From positions 32,001 through 96,000 of the forward strand of contig OX638351.1 in assembly GCA_951813565.1 (NCBI GenBank): 64,000 nt of DNA, in the 5' to 3' direction. Position 1 is the stretch's first letter, and each line of letters opens with the position of its first letter. A program made the translations under genes and the position numbers. The DNA comes from an uncultured Poribacteria bacterium. GTDB lineage: Bacteria; Poribacteria; WGA-4E; WGA-3G. Positions 19,875 to 28,466 of the stretch are shown one piece after another. The notes under the pieces were generated by a model. It had not been told where the DNA came from, did not search any database, and worked only from the letters and a program-made list of their open reading frames with translations.

Positions 19875-20819
19875 CTACTTATCAGACTTTTCACACACAA
19901 AATCTGCTAACATATTAATGAATTTTGGATGGTCTCCAACAGTCCCAGCTCGAATAAAATCAATTCCGCATGCTTCCGCTGTTTCCTTTGCCTCCATATC
20001 TAAGTCATATAGAACCTCTACGTGGTCGCAAAGAAATCCGATGGGGGACGCTACGACAGTATCAACCCCTTCTTCTTTTTTGGCTTTAAGCCAATCGTTG
20101 ATATCGGGCTGTGTCCATGGGATAGGGCTATTTTCGACCTCGCTCTGGTATGCTAAACTGAATTGTCTTTTGCCTATCTTTTGTGCCACAGCTTCAGCTG
20201 TTTTTTCAAATTGTTTTGAGTAAGGTGAGGTATCCGCTGCTTTTTGCGGAATTGCATGTGCCGTAAAAACCAGTTCGGCACGGTCTAACTTGTCACTGCA
20301 TGCGGTTTTGATAATCTCAGCGATCGCGCCAACATATCCGTTATGGGTATACCATTGATCGAGATAGTCAATAGTCGGCTTTTCACCTTCAACTGCTTCA
20401 ATGCCTTTCTTGACGGTCTGTTGGTACCATTCCCAGCTAACTTTGGCTCGGTGGGGTGCCATAATAATACCAAGCATTTTGCGATGTCCCTTTTGTGTCA
20501 TTTCAGCGATGACTTCATTTAAATAAGGAGTCCAATGTCTGAATCCAGCATAAACAGGTAACGGTAAGTCACGCTGTTGCAATGCGTTTTGTAATGCTTT
20601 GGCTTGTTTGAAAGTCAATTCGTTAAACGGCGAAAAACCTCCTAATTTAACGTAATGGGTGGAGATGTCTTGGACGCGTTCTTTTTCAGATTCTGCTTCA
20701 CCGGCAATTCCTTCAACAAAGCAGTATGCCTCACCGGGGCAGTTTTTGGTATCATATTTTTTACAGCATCCAGGGGTTGGACCACCGAATGCTACAAGTA
20801 AAACGCTATCGTATTTCAT
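19875..20819 (-). CDS. hemH: ferrochelatase
   Basis: AFGGP, GGFSP, FTAHAIP, YQS, W..PD, PIGFLCDHVEVLYDLD. Confidence 0.93.
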   Translation of the reverse strand: MKYDSVLLVAFGGPTPGCCKKYDTKNCPGEAYCFVEGIAGEAESEKERVQDISTHYVKLGGFSPFNELTFKQAKALQNALQQRDLPLPVYAGFRHWTPYLNEVIAEMTQKGHRKMLGIIMAPHRAKVSWEWYQQTVKKGIEAVEGEKPTIDYLDQWYTHNGYVGAIAEIIKTACSDKLDRAELVFTAHAIPQKAADTSPYSKQFEKTAEAVAQKIGKRQFSLAYQSEVENSPIPWTQPDINDWLKAKKEEGVDTVVASPIGFLCDHVEVLYDLDMEAKETAEACGIDFIRAGTVGDHPKFINMLADFVCEKSDK

Positions 20820-20827
20820 TTTGCCTC

Positions 20828-22285
20828 CTATGCCATATTGGCAAATTGTGCGGGCATAAAACTCGGATCAACAGCAATTGCTTGTGCAAATGCCTCACGA
20901 GCAAGTGTCTCATCAGAATTTGTGCGATGTGCTAAACCGATGGAAAAGTAGGCTTGCGCAAGTTCTGTGCCCTCAATTCCACAGACTAATGCCTTATAGA
21001 TTGATTCCATACCGGGGGTGGGATCATCACCATTTCGGTAGGCAGAGAAAATGTAGTTGGACCCGCGCAAAAGGTGAGCTGGCGCATAATCGGGGTTCAA
21101 TTCAAGTGCGACATTGAGTGCATTTTTTGCCGCAAAGAAAAAATCACCTTTCTCAAGTACGCTCGACACAGTACGAGATGTTTGTATGAGTAGGTTTGCG
21201 TATTCTGTCCATGCTTCTGGAAGATTGGAGTATTTTTCAGTTGCAACTTTCAAAATGGCGATGGCTAATCCCAAGTCATTTCCTTCTGCGACTTCTTCTG
21301 CAGTTTCGCGATATGCCGCAAAGTCTTGCAGTTCCTGTATCCGTTGGTCAAGCACTTCTGTATCTACTGCCGGAATTGCGGACGGTTTGAAGTGTTGCCA
21401 TCCTGGTTCCGGGTCATCAATCAACCCACGATATACACGCAGAATAGCATAGCGAGGAGTTCCCCAGACTTCAGCAATATCGCGAATCCAGTTCGGCATG
21501 TTGGTTTCCATGTCAGTTAGCAATTCTGCTAAATACATGTCTTGTTCAACCCGTTTTCGGACTTCTGTTAAGAAATAGGATTCAATTTTGAGCAATAGGT
21601 CAATTTCGGCATCGTGTGCTAAAGGTCCGTGTCCGGGCAGCACATGATCTGGTGTGTATGTGCGTAGTTCTTGAATTGTATTTATCCAATCATGGTTTGC
21701 CATAAGTCCTTCATTCATTACGGGTTGTCCAAAAATAGGAAAACTACCTGTCATCACTGTATCACCAGAAACGATGCATCCCTCTGCTGGAATCCTGATG
21801 GCAGTCGCGTCATCTGTTTCTGCTTTTCCTAAATGAACGAGATGCAAAGGTTGATTACCTAAATCAAGTTCGGTTTCGTGGGTGAATGTCTGCTGTGGCA
21901 AAAATGGCGGATCGCCAAGGGTGAAACCACGAGAACGGAGAAAATCTTCTTGGCGCGGTGCTCTGTTCACCATAAAGTCCTTTGTCATCTCGCGTGCGAC
22001 AACAGTTGCACCTTCTTGGCGAAAAATTATGTTCCCGTTTGTATGATCCCAATGATAATGCGTGTTAATTGCATAGAGAATCGGCTTATCTGTGATAGTT
22101 CGAATTGCTTTGAGAAGTCGTCTCCCCATCATCTGATTTACCTGCGTGTCAATTACCGCAACCCCGTTATCTCCTATTATAATAGAAGAGTTGACAATAT
22201 TGCGAAACAGATATACTCGATCTGTCACCTTAACAAGTTGTCCATATTGACGTGGTGCGAAAGGGTTTTCTGAAATGTTTTGCAT
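20828..22285 (-). CDS. MBL-fold metallohydrolase with C-terminal TPR repeats
   Basis: VIDT, THYHWDH, SGD, PGHG; TPR-like helices; ATG overlaps the hemE stop (TGATG). Confidence 0.85.
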   Translation of the reverse strand: MQNISENPFAPRQYGQLVKVTDRVYLFRNIVNSSIIIGDNGVAVIDTQVNQMMGRRLLKAIRTITDKPILYAINTHYHWDHTNGNIIFRQEGATVVAREMTKDFMVNRAPRQEDFLRSRGFTLGDPPFLPQQTFTHETELDLGNQPLHLVHLGKAETDDATAIRIPAEGCIVSGDTVMTGSFPIFGQPVMNEGLMANHDWINTIQELRTYTPDHVLPGHGPLAHDAEIDLLLKIESYFLTEVRKRVEQDMYLAELLTDMETNMPNWIRDIAEVWGTPRYAILRVYRGLIDDPEPGWQHFKPSAIPAVDTEVLDQRIQELQDFAAYRETAEEVAEGNDLGLAIAILKVATEKYSNLPEAWTEYANLLIQTSRTVSSVLEKGDFFFAAKNALNVALELNPDYAPAHLLRGSNYIFSAYRNGDDPTPGMESIYKALVCGIEGTELAQAYFSIGLAHRTNSDETLAREAFAQAIAVDPSFMPAQFANMA

Positions 22286-23373
22286 CAACTATCCTGATAT
22301 GTTTTTGCGATATGGACGAAATGTTTGACGTTTTCAAATGGTGTATCTCTATGAAGTCCATGGCTAAGGTTTAAAATATGTCCTGTCTTTCCACCCTGTT
22401 TTATGCAAGTGCTTACTGCTTCTTGTATGTCAGCAAATGTGCCATCGCGAAGAATATCGTTATCAACGTTTCCCTGAAATGCTACGGAACCGCCTATTTC
22501 AGTTTTGGCTTTTTCAAGGTCTACACATTTTCCGATACTCAATACATCCGCTCCACTTTGGTGCATTAAATTAACGAAAGGACACTCTTTTGCAAAAAGG
22601 ATTCCTGGTGCATCTGAATTGAGTTCAGCGAAAATCCGTTGATGATATGGAAGCGCGAAATTTTCATACATCTGCCGCGATAGCACATCCGCTATTGACT
22701 CAAAAAGCTGCACAATCTGAGTACCTTGACTGATCTGGTAATTCAGATAGTTAATCGTCATTTCAGTTAATTTATTTAACAATTGGTGTAGAAGCTCTGG
22801 TGCGTCTTCCATCATTTCAAAGACAGGAGTTGCTTTTTCCGATATGCCAGCACCTCTTTTCATCGGGCTTTCTCCTGCTATCAAAAAAAAGGCGAGTGTT
22901 AATGGGGCACCCGCAAAACCGATAAGCGGCAGTTCTCCATTCAACGTCTCACGCAGTGAACGAATTACTTGTCCAGTGAACTCTAATTGTAGGTGTGGAT
23001 CATTCAGTGGTGTAAGTGCGTCTATCTGTGATTGTGTTCGTATCGGTGGGTTTAAAACTGGACCGGGTAAAAATCGGAAATAAGCACCCATCGGCGCAAG
23101 CGGTGTGAGAATGTCTTTATAAACAATTATAGCATCTACACCGATGCGCTTGGGAAGAAGTGAAATTTTTACTGCCCATTCTACATCTGTGTCCGACATC
23201 GGGGAGGGACAGGTTCGGAAGAGGCGTTCCAACGGAAGGTCAATTTTTTGTCGAATTTCCCGATAAAGGGGGTCCGATCTACCTGCTTGTCGCATCATCC
23301 ATACAGGCACACGTCCCACCGGCAAATATCTTGACGCGCGCAGAAGTAAGTCATTTTTTAATTGTTGTTCCAT
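22285..23373 (-). CDS. hemE: uroporphyrinogen decarboxylase
   Basis: PVWMMRQAGR, LIGFAGAPLTLA, QLFES, QGNVD, ILNLSHG. Confidence 0.95.
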   Translation of the reverse strand: MEQQLKNDLLLRASRYLPVGRVPVWMMRQAGRSDPLYREIRQKIDLPLERLFRTCPSPMSDTDVEWAVKISLLPKRIGVDAIIVYKDILTPLAPMGAYFRFLPGPVLNPPIRTQSQIDALTPLNDPHLQLEFTGQVIRSLRETLNGELPLIGFAGAPLTLAFFLIAGESPMKRGAGISEKATPVFEMMEDAPELLHQLLNKLTEMTINYLNYQISQGTQIVQLFESIADVLSRQMYENFALPYHQRIFAELNSDAPGILFAKECPFVNLMHQSGADVLSIGKCVDLEKAKTEIGGSVAFQGNVDNDILRDGTFADIQEAVSTCIKQGGKTGHILNLSHGLHRDTPFENVKHFVHIAKTYQDS

Positions 23374-23398
23374 ATTAATAAGGAATAACTGCTTTACT

Positions 23399-24163
23399 TT
23401 ACCGTGTTTTTAAGCGGGCAAGTTCCTCTCGGAGTCGTGAGGCTTCCGCTTCAGCTTTCTGTCGCGCCTCAGCTTCATGTTGGACACGCGTTTCAGCTTG
23501 TTCGGCACGCGTTTCAGCTCGTTCAGCACGCGTTTCAGCTCGTTCGGCACGCGCTGTCGCTGCGTCAGCAGGAGTCTGCAGCTATTTCCCCGCAACCGGC
23601 TCGTAAACCCCAAGCCCATCATTCAGTAAATGAAAATTCAGGTTTAATACCTCAGAACGCAATCCATCATCAACGTCTGGGGAAACTTCAATATAAGCAT
23701 CCTCAACAAGTCGAAATCCCATCAAGGGTGTTGGTAAATAACGTCTATCAACATCATAGAGGAAGTACTCCGGAATTCCCATTGCAGCATAGTGCGCGAC
23801 TTTCCCCTCTAAATCATTTCGATAGGTGCGTTTGCTTGAAAACTCCATTACGAAATCAGGAGCCTTGCCTTCCTCCCATACCTTGTAGGTACGGCGTTCT
23901 TTCTGTCCTATCCCGAAAGAGACAAGAATATCGGGAAACACAGCAGTTCGAAGAGGGCCCTCAATGTCGTACATCATGATATTGCCGGAGATATAGACTT
24001 CCGGTCTCTGCGCAAAATGCCCCTCAAGGACTTGCCGCAGCCAGATTATCCACTGAATGTGGAGATCGGTATCAGCCATAGGTTTACCATCCGATTCAGG
24101 GTAGAGATCTGCCGTTTCTGTCGGTGCGTAAGGCATTTGGCGCACGTTTGGATAACTTTCCAT
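23399..24163 (-). pseudogene. Uma2 family endonuclease-like gene with an in-frame TAG at 23582-23584 before its coiled-coil tail
   Basis: YPESDGKPMA, PD, PDFVMEFSS, EYFLYD. Frame continues past TAG as LQTPADAATARAERAETRAE...LARLKTR* to 23399; the paralog at 44482 has W at this position. Confidence 0.8.
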
Positions 24164-24257
24164 CGGTGTCCCTCCTAACCATAAGGTTACGTGATTCATC
24201 AAAAGTGTCTAACGTTACATGTAGACAATTTAGTTCTCGATTTTACGAGAGGTTCCA

Positions 24258-24599
24258 TCAAGATAAACCTCTCTTCTGACGCCGTTCCAAAAACTGCCGT
24301 AGTTTCGCAAAACTCTTAACGTTTTTCATAATTCTACCGCTTTCTCGCTCTTCAAGATAGAGTAAAAACCCCATGAGATAGAGGCTCACTAAAAACAGTA
24401 GAAAACCAGTTATGCACTGTGCAATCGCACGATAATTTAGTTTTAAACCGAGGTAAGGGGTGACAACTACGTCGTCGACGGTCGCAGCAGATGGGTTCTG
24501 CTCAGGCCACTCAACCGATACAAGGTCACCCCACCCCGTTATTCCGAGCGATAAAAAAACGATTGATAAGGCAAAAACGATAAAAAATGGGATACCCAT
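24258..24599 (-). CDS. hypothetical two-helix membrane protein
   Basis: Two hydrophobic segments, basic tail, lies just downstream of the dehydrogenase. Confidence 0.6.
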   Translation of the reverse strand: MGIPFFIVFALSIVFLSLGITGWGDLVSVEWPEQNPSAATVDDVVVTPYLGLKLNYRAIAQCITGFLLFLVSLYLMGFLLYLEERESGRIMKNVKSFAKLRQFLERRQKRGLS

Positions 24600-24615
24600 G
24601 TTAGATACCGAAATC

Positions 24616-25686
24616 TTAAGAAGAAACTTTTATCAATCCTTTGGTGCAGCGGTCTTCTCGATTACAAACCTTTGTGATTCCTTCAACAAGTGATTCAAGT
24701 GGAAATTCGTGACTAATGATTTTGTCCATGTTTACATCGCCACTGGAAATGAGTTGAACTGCCTCTTCCCATGTATCGGGTGCTAACCATGAGAACCTTA
24801 TGGTCTTATCCATAAGGATCGTGTCAAGAATTGGAACCTGCATTACATCTTTATCACCAGGAAGACCAAAAATAACGACAGTTGCGTGTCTCCCAGTAAC
24901 TTCAAGCGCAGTATGGATTGCATCAAGCGAGCTCGTGGCAGTAATAGCACGGTCAGCCAATTCACCGTTATTGAGTTCCTGAATTGTTGCGCCAAGGTCT
25001 TCAACGTAGTGTGGAGAGTTGGTATCGCTGACATTCACAACTAAGTCTGCACCGAGTTCCTTACCGCATTCCAAACGATAGTCGCGAGTTCCAACCAACA
25101 ACACGTTCTTCAAGCCACGACTTTTCAAAACTTGTACCATCATCAAACCGATGGGACCGGGACCGAAGACAACAGCAGTTTGTCCTTCTTCAGCATTAAG
25201 ATTGTTAACGGCGTACAATCCGCATGCGAGAGGTTCAGTGAGTGCTCCCTGTTCATACGTGACGTTTTCGGGTAGTTTTACCGTCCAACGGTAGTCAGAA
25301 ACAGCGTATTCCGCGAAGCCACCATCAACACCCACACCTAAGATACGTTTTTCGGGACATAGGTTGGACAGTCCTTTTTTGCTCCAAAAAGAATTCGGGT
25401 TGGATTGCACTGGATTCACAACAACTCTGTCGCCGACTTTAAATCCGCCTGTCTTTCCTGCTTCACTTCCTACTTCAACGACTTCGCCAGTAAATTCGTG
25501 TCCGAGAATAAGCGGTCCTTTGCCATCGTCTGTTTCAAGGGAACTATTACCGAAATAGTATGCTACATCCGAACCACAAATGCCCACTGAACGAACTTGA
25601 ACTAACAGGTCTGCGTCACCAGCTGTAGGCACTGGTCGATCTTCAAGACTCATTGATTCAGGTTCATAGAAAATTTGAGATTTCAT
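24616..25686 (-). CDS. Zn-dependent MDR alcohol/polyol dehydrogenase
   Basis: GICGSD, GHEFTG, DGGFAEY, EPL, GPGPIG; AAGGAGG RBS. Confidence 0.9.
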   Translation of the reverse strand: MKSQIFYEPESMSLEDRPVPTAGDADLLVQVRSVGICGSDVAYYFGNSSLETDDGKGPLILGHEFTGEVVEVGSEAGKTGGFKVGDRVVVNPVQSNPNSFWSKKGLSNLCPEKRILGVGVDGGFAEYAVSDYRWTVKLPENVTYEQGALTEPLACGLYAVNNLNAEEGQTAVVFGPGPIGLMMVQVLKSRGLKNVLLVGTRDYRLECGKELGADLVVNVSDTNSPHYVEDLGATIQELNNGELADRAITATSSLDAIHTALEVTGRHATVVIFGLPGDKDVMQVPILDTILMDKTIRFSWLAPDTWEEAVQLISSGDVNMDKIISHEFPLESLVEGITKVCNREDRCTKGLIKVSS

Positions 25687-25784
25687 TATATACCTCCTTA
25701 ACTTTTATGAATACCGTTAGTTTAACGTGAGTTTGATAATTAGACCTAAATGTAGATGTCCGTTGGGTAGAGCGAAGCGAAACC

Positions 25785-26123
25785 TATAGGCGTCAATTTA
25801 GTGCCTGATTTTCTTGTGGGAGGGCTTTCTAAGCCCGATATTGTGAGGCTCAAACCGTTATATCGGGGTTGAAAACCCGACAAATGCCAAAAAGCGCATT
25901 TGGCGTTGATTTGGCAGCATGCCAAACGCGCATGCTGCGTTGATTTGGACAAATGCCAAAAAGCGCATTTGGCGTTGATTTGGCAGCATGCCAAACGCGC
26001 ATGCTGCGTTGATTTGGACAAATGCCAAAAAGCGCATTTGGCGTTGATTTGGCAGCATGCCAAACGCGCATGCTGCGTTGATTCGCTCCCACAATAGGAT
26101 ATATTCTAAAATTGACGCCTATG
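25785..26123. mobile_element. MITE family B nested in a REP hairpin
   Basis: Ends TATAGGCGTCAATTTAG / CTAAAATTGACGCCTATG; flanked by direct repeat GTAGAGCGAAGCGAAACC (25767-25784 and 26125-26142). Confidence 0.85.
25879..26083. repeat. 69-bp tandem repeat x3, made of six ~35-bp hairpin units
   Basis: Unit starts at 25879, 25948, 26017; two alternating hairpins, each followed by GTTGATT. Confidence 0.95.
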
Positions 26124-26307
26124 AGTAGAGCGAAGCGAAACCCAACAATTCAACCGTCTTGGAAGTAATTTAAAGTTGAGTTTCACTCATTTTCCTGTTA
26201 TTTCGGCATCAAATGGAGAAAAAATCTCTCTTTTATGTCCGATTTTTTGTTTATTCCGTTCTACCCAACGGACAGTGGTTATTGAATTTTATTATCAAAC
26301 TCACGTT

Positions 26308-26336
26308 AGTTTAGCATAGCTACCTTAAATTTACAA
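26308..26336 (-). promoter_or_regulatory. sigma70-type promoter (TTGTAA-N17-TAAACT, extended TG), probably the original promoter of the dehydrogenase
   Basis: Its -10 box lies inside the MITE target-site duplication. Confidence 0.5.
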
Positions 26337-26350
26337 TAAATTAATAGACA

Positions 26351-26657
26351 TTAGACATTATAACGTTTTAATTGTGAGTTATTGGTCTACGGAAAAATCT
26401 TATGTTTGTCCGTTGGGCAGATGAGGCATCGCGCGCAACTTTCTGAATCGCGGATTTATCGGATGACGCAGATGGCACGGATTATTGGATACTGGTAACA
26501 ACAAGTCGTTTTCATAATGTCCGGTCAATAACAGAAGGCGTGCATGCGTCCGTTGAATGTGCGGATACAAAGTTCTTAAAATCCGCGTCATCCGATAAAT
26601 CTGCGATAATCCGCGATTCTGACAACACAACGCAGATTAAATCATTATAATGTCTAA
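26351..26657. mobile_element. MITE family C with internal GAATCGCGGATT inverted repeats
   Basis: TTAGACATTATAACGTTTTAAT vs reverse complement of ATTAAATCATTATAATGTCTAA (20/22); internal inverted pair at ~26441-26483 and ~26580-26622. Confidence 0.7.
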
Positions 26658-27000
26658 TATAGACGTTCAAGAGATTCATCCATGAAAATGTGATGAAATT
26701 AATCCGGTCATTATTAGTGTCAGCTCCCTCATCTTTGATAATAGGAATAATCGTGACTCTTTTTGTATTGAGACCGTACGTGTTGTAAATACGTGGAAAT
26801 GGATATGTCCGGGTTCGTTTTGGAGTTTTCCATTGTGAGTATGCGATATTGTTTCCCGGAGTTCCAAAGTTAATCAACCCGTAAGCACCAGCTTTATTTA
26901 CATCAAATTGAGTAATATCGTGACACTTCAATTTCTCTGTACCCAAAAAGGGTGTGTATTTTACATTCTTCACAAACCCTTTTAAAGAGACTGTTTTCAC
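26658..27000 (-). pseudogene. 5' fragment of a probable restriction endonuclease-like gene, truncated at MITE C
   Basis: GGAGG RBS and GTG start; TPKRTRTYP..RIYNT...IIPIIKDEG motif recalled from type II REase-like proteins; ORF runs into repeat sequence after NVYI. Confidence 0.5.
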
Positions 27001-27086
27001 AAAACGCCTCCGTGTAGAATCTTAGAAGGTTTCTGAATTTGTCTTATGAGTGAATGCTAAAAGTATATCACACATGGCTGCAATTT

Positions 27087-27950
27087 TCAAAAAATAAAAC
27101 GCATAGATAAAAACAGATACCGACTACAAAACTCACCCAAAAATACAGTAATTATTGCAATGAAAAGAAAACCTGTTGCTGCCCGCGTCGCCCCGATTTC
27201 ATCCTTAGCAACAGACTTTTCACGCAAACAATCCCAAGAAATAAAATACAGAACCAATGTGCCGCCAAACCCAATTCCTAACCGCATCCAAAATATGAGT
27301 TGGTAATGAAAATTAAATGGCGCAACATTTTCTGTTTGCGACCTAAAAAACATATTTATGCAGAAAAGAGAGATTGTTACAACCAATGTCCATAGTAAAA
27401 CAGTGTTAAATCGTCTCAGATAAGTCACAGGTAAATCAGGAATTACAAGATACCAGTGACCAAACCACATCCCACTATGGACTGCACCGAGTAGCACTGC
27501 TGACACTAAAAATTGGAATGGCAATATAAATGTTGCATCGGGAAACTGGACATTTTTGAAGTGGGGCAAAGCGCTAAATACAATCCACACGATACCACAG
27601 AGAATCCCGCTATAGAATAGTATCTGGGTAAGCAAAGACGATTTAAACCACCAACTCAGTGTATAAGCAAAAATGAGTAGAACGAAACTAATTACCAAAA
27701 CGGATTCGGTGTCGTGCCAGAATCCAAAAAAATTAAAAAAAGTAACCGGTTGCTGGCTTAGGTACAGGTTTGCACAACGTGCTAAACCACTCACAAGCAG
27801 GTAGATGCTTCCCATCAACCGATAAAAATTTGCACCGACCAAACCTTTCGGTATAAGGAGCATCGTTACAAACCCGCCTACAGCGAGTTGACTGAAAACA
27901 AGGTAAAAAATCTCTGCAATACTGAACATCTGTTGTAAGAAAAACCCCAC
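27087..27950 (-). CDS. polytopic membrane protein with GHWYL motif (NrfD/DmsC-anchor-like)
   Basis: About 8 hydrophobic helices; MWFGHWYLV.P.LP and ATGFLFIA...GE..SR motifs. Confidence 0.6.
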   Translation of the reverse strand: MGFFLQQMFSIAEIFYLVFSQLAVGGFVTMLLIPKGLVGANFYRLMGSIYLLVSGLARCANLYLSQQPVTFFNFFGFWHDTESVLVISFVLLIFAYTLSWWFKSSLLTQILFYSGILCGIVWIVFSALPHFKNVQFPDATFILPFQFLVSAVLLGAVHSGMWFGHWYLVIPDLPVTYLRRFNTVLLWTLVVTISLFCINMFFRSQTENVAPFNFHYQLIFWMRLGIGFGGTLVLYFISWDCLREKSVAKDEIGATRAATGFLFIAIITVFLGEFCSRYLFLSMRFIF

Positions 27951-28030
27951 TATAGTTTAACACCATAATGGGGTTAGCGTCCGTTCACTTTGTTAAGCAT
28001 GCCTCCACAGTTTGAAGGCGAAAACACAAG

Positions 28031-28432
28031 TTAGACAATCTCAACGACTGCACCGACAGCTTCAAGTTGCTCTTTGGTTTTTTCAGCATCTTCTTTGCTG
28101 ATACCTTCTTGGATAACAACTGGTGCTGATTCAACCTTTTCTTTCGCTTCCTTCAAACCAAGCCCTGTAATGGCACGAACTTCTTTAATAAGCGGAATTT
28201 TCTGCCCACCAATCTCTTTGAGTTGGACATCAAATTCGGTTTGCTCTGCTGCTTCCTCAGCTTCAGCTTCCGATGCAGCGCCTGCTGCTGCTGGTACTGC
28301 TCCCGCTACTGCCATTGCTGGCATGGCAGAAGCACTTACACCAAATTTATCTTCAAGTGCTTTTACCAGTTCGGAGAGTTCCAGAACAGTCATCTCACTA
28401 ATTTCATCAATCAATTTTTCTATATCTGCCAT
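28031..28432 (-). CDS. rplL: 50S ribosomal protein L7/L12
   Basis: [34 protein letters not shown]. Confidence 0.98.
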   Translation of the reverse strand: MADIEKLIDEISEMTVLELSELVKALEDKFGVSASAMPAMAVAGAVPAAAGAASEAEAEEAAEQTEFDVQLKEIGGQKIPLIKEVRAITGLGLKEAKEKVESAPVVIQEGISKEDAEKTKEQLEAVGAVVEIV

Positions 28433-28466
28433 TTTTACAATCCTTTCTTAATTTCAATAGTTATGC

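Larger units (their letters stand above)
25725..26306. mobile_element. MITE family A copy 1 (composite, contains nested elements)
   Basis: Perfect 16-bp terminal inverted repeats ACGTGAGTTTGATAAT...ATTATCAAACTCACGT; 7-bp duplication TAGTTTA at 25718-25724 and 26307-26313. Confidence 0.9.

Noticed and set aside
23582..23584. Genome-wide TAG recoding or pyrrolysine
   Set aside because: TAG ends several genes at their natural termini (2559, 42630, 44373, 61165); a single TGG to TAG change explains it; no pyl genes seen.
25879..26083. CRISPR array
   Set aside because: Exact 69-bp tandem copies with no unique spacers, a constant part of only ~9 bp, and no cas genes in the window.
25746..26097. 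Four overlapping repetitive ORFs (65-105 aa)
   Set aside because: They arise from a stop-poor 69-bp (3n) palindromic repeat inside nested MITEs; the same applies to 38034-38222 and 26400-26630.
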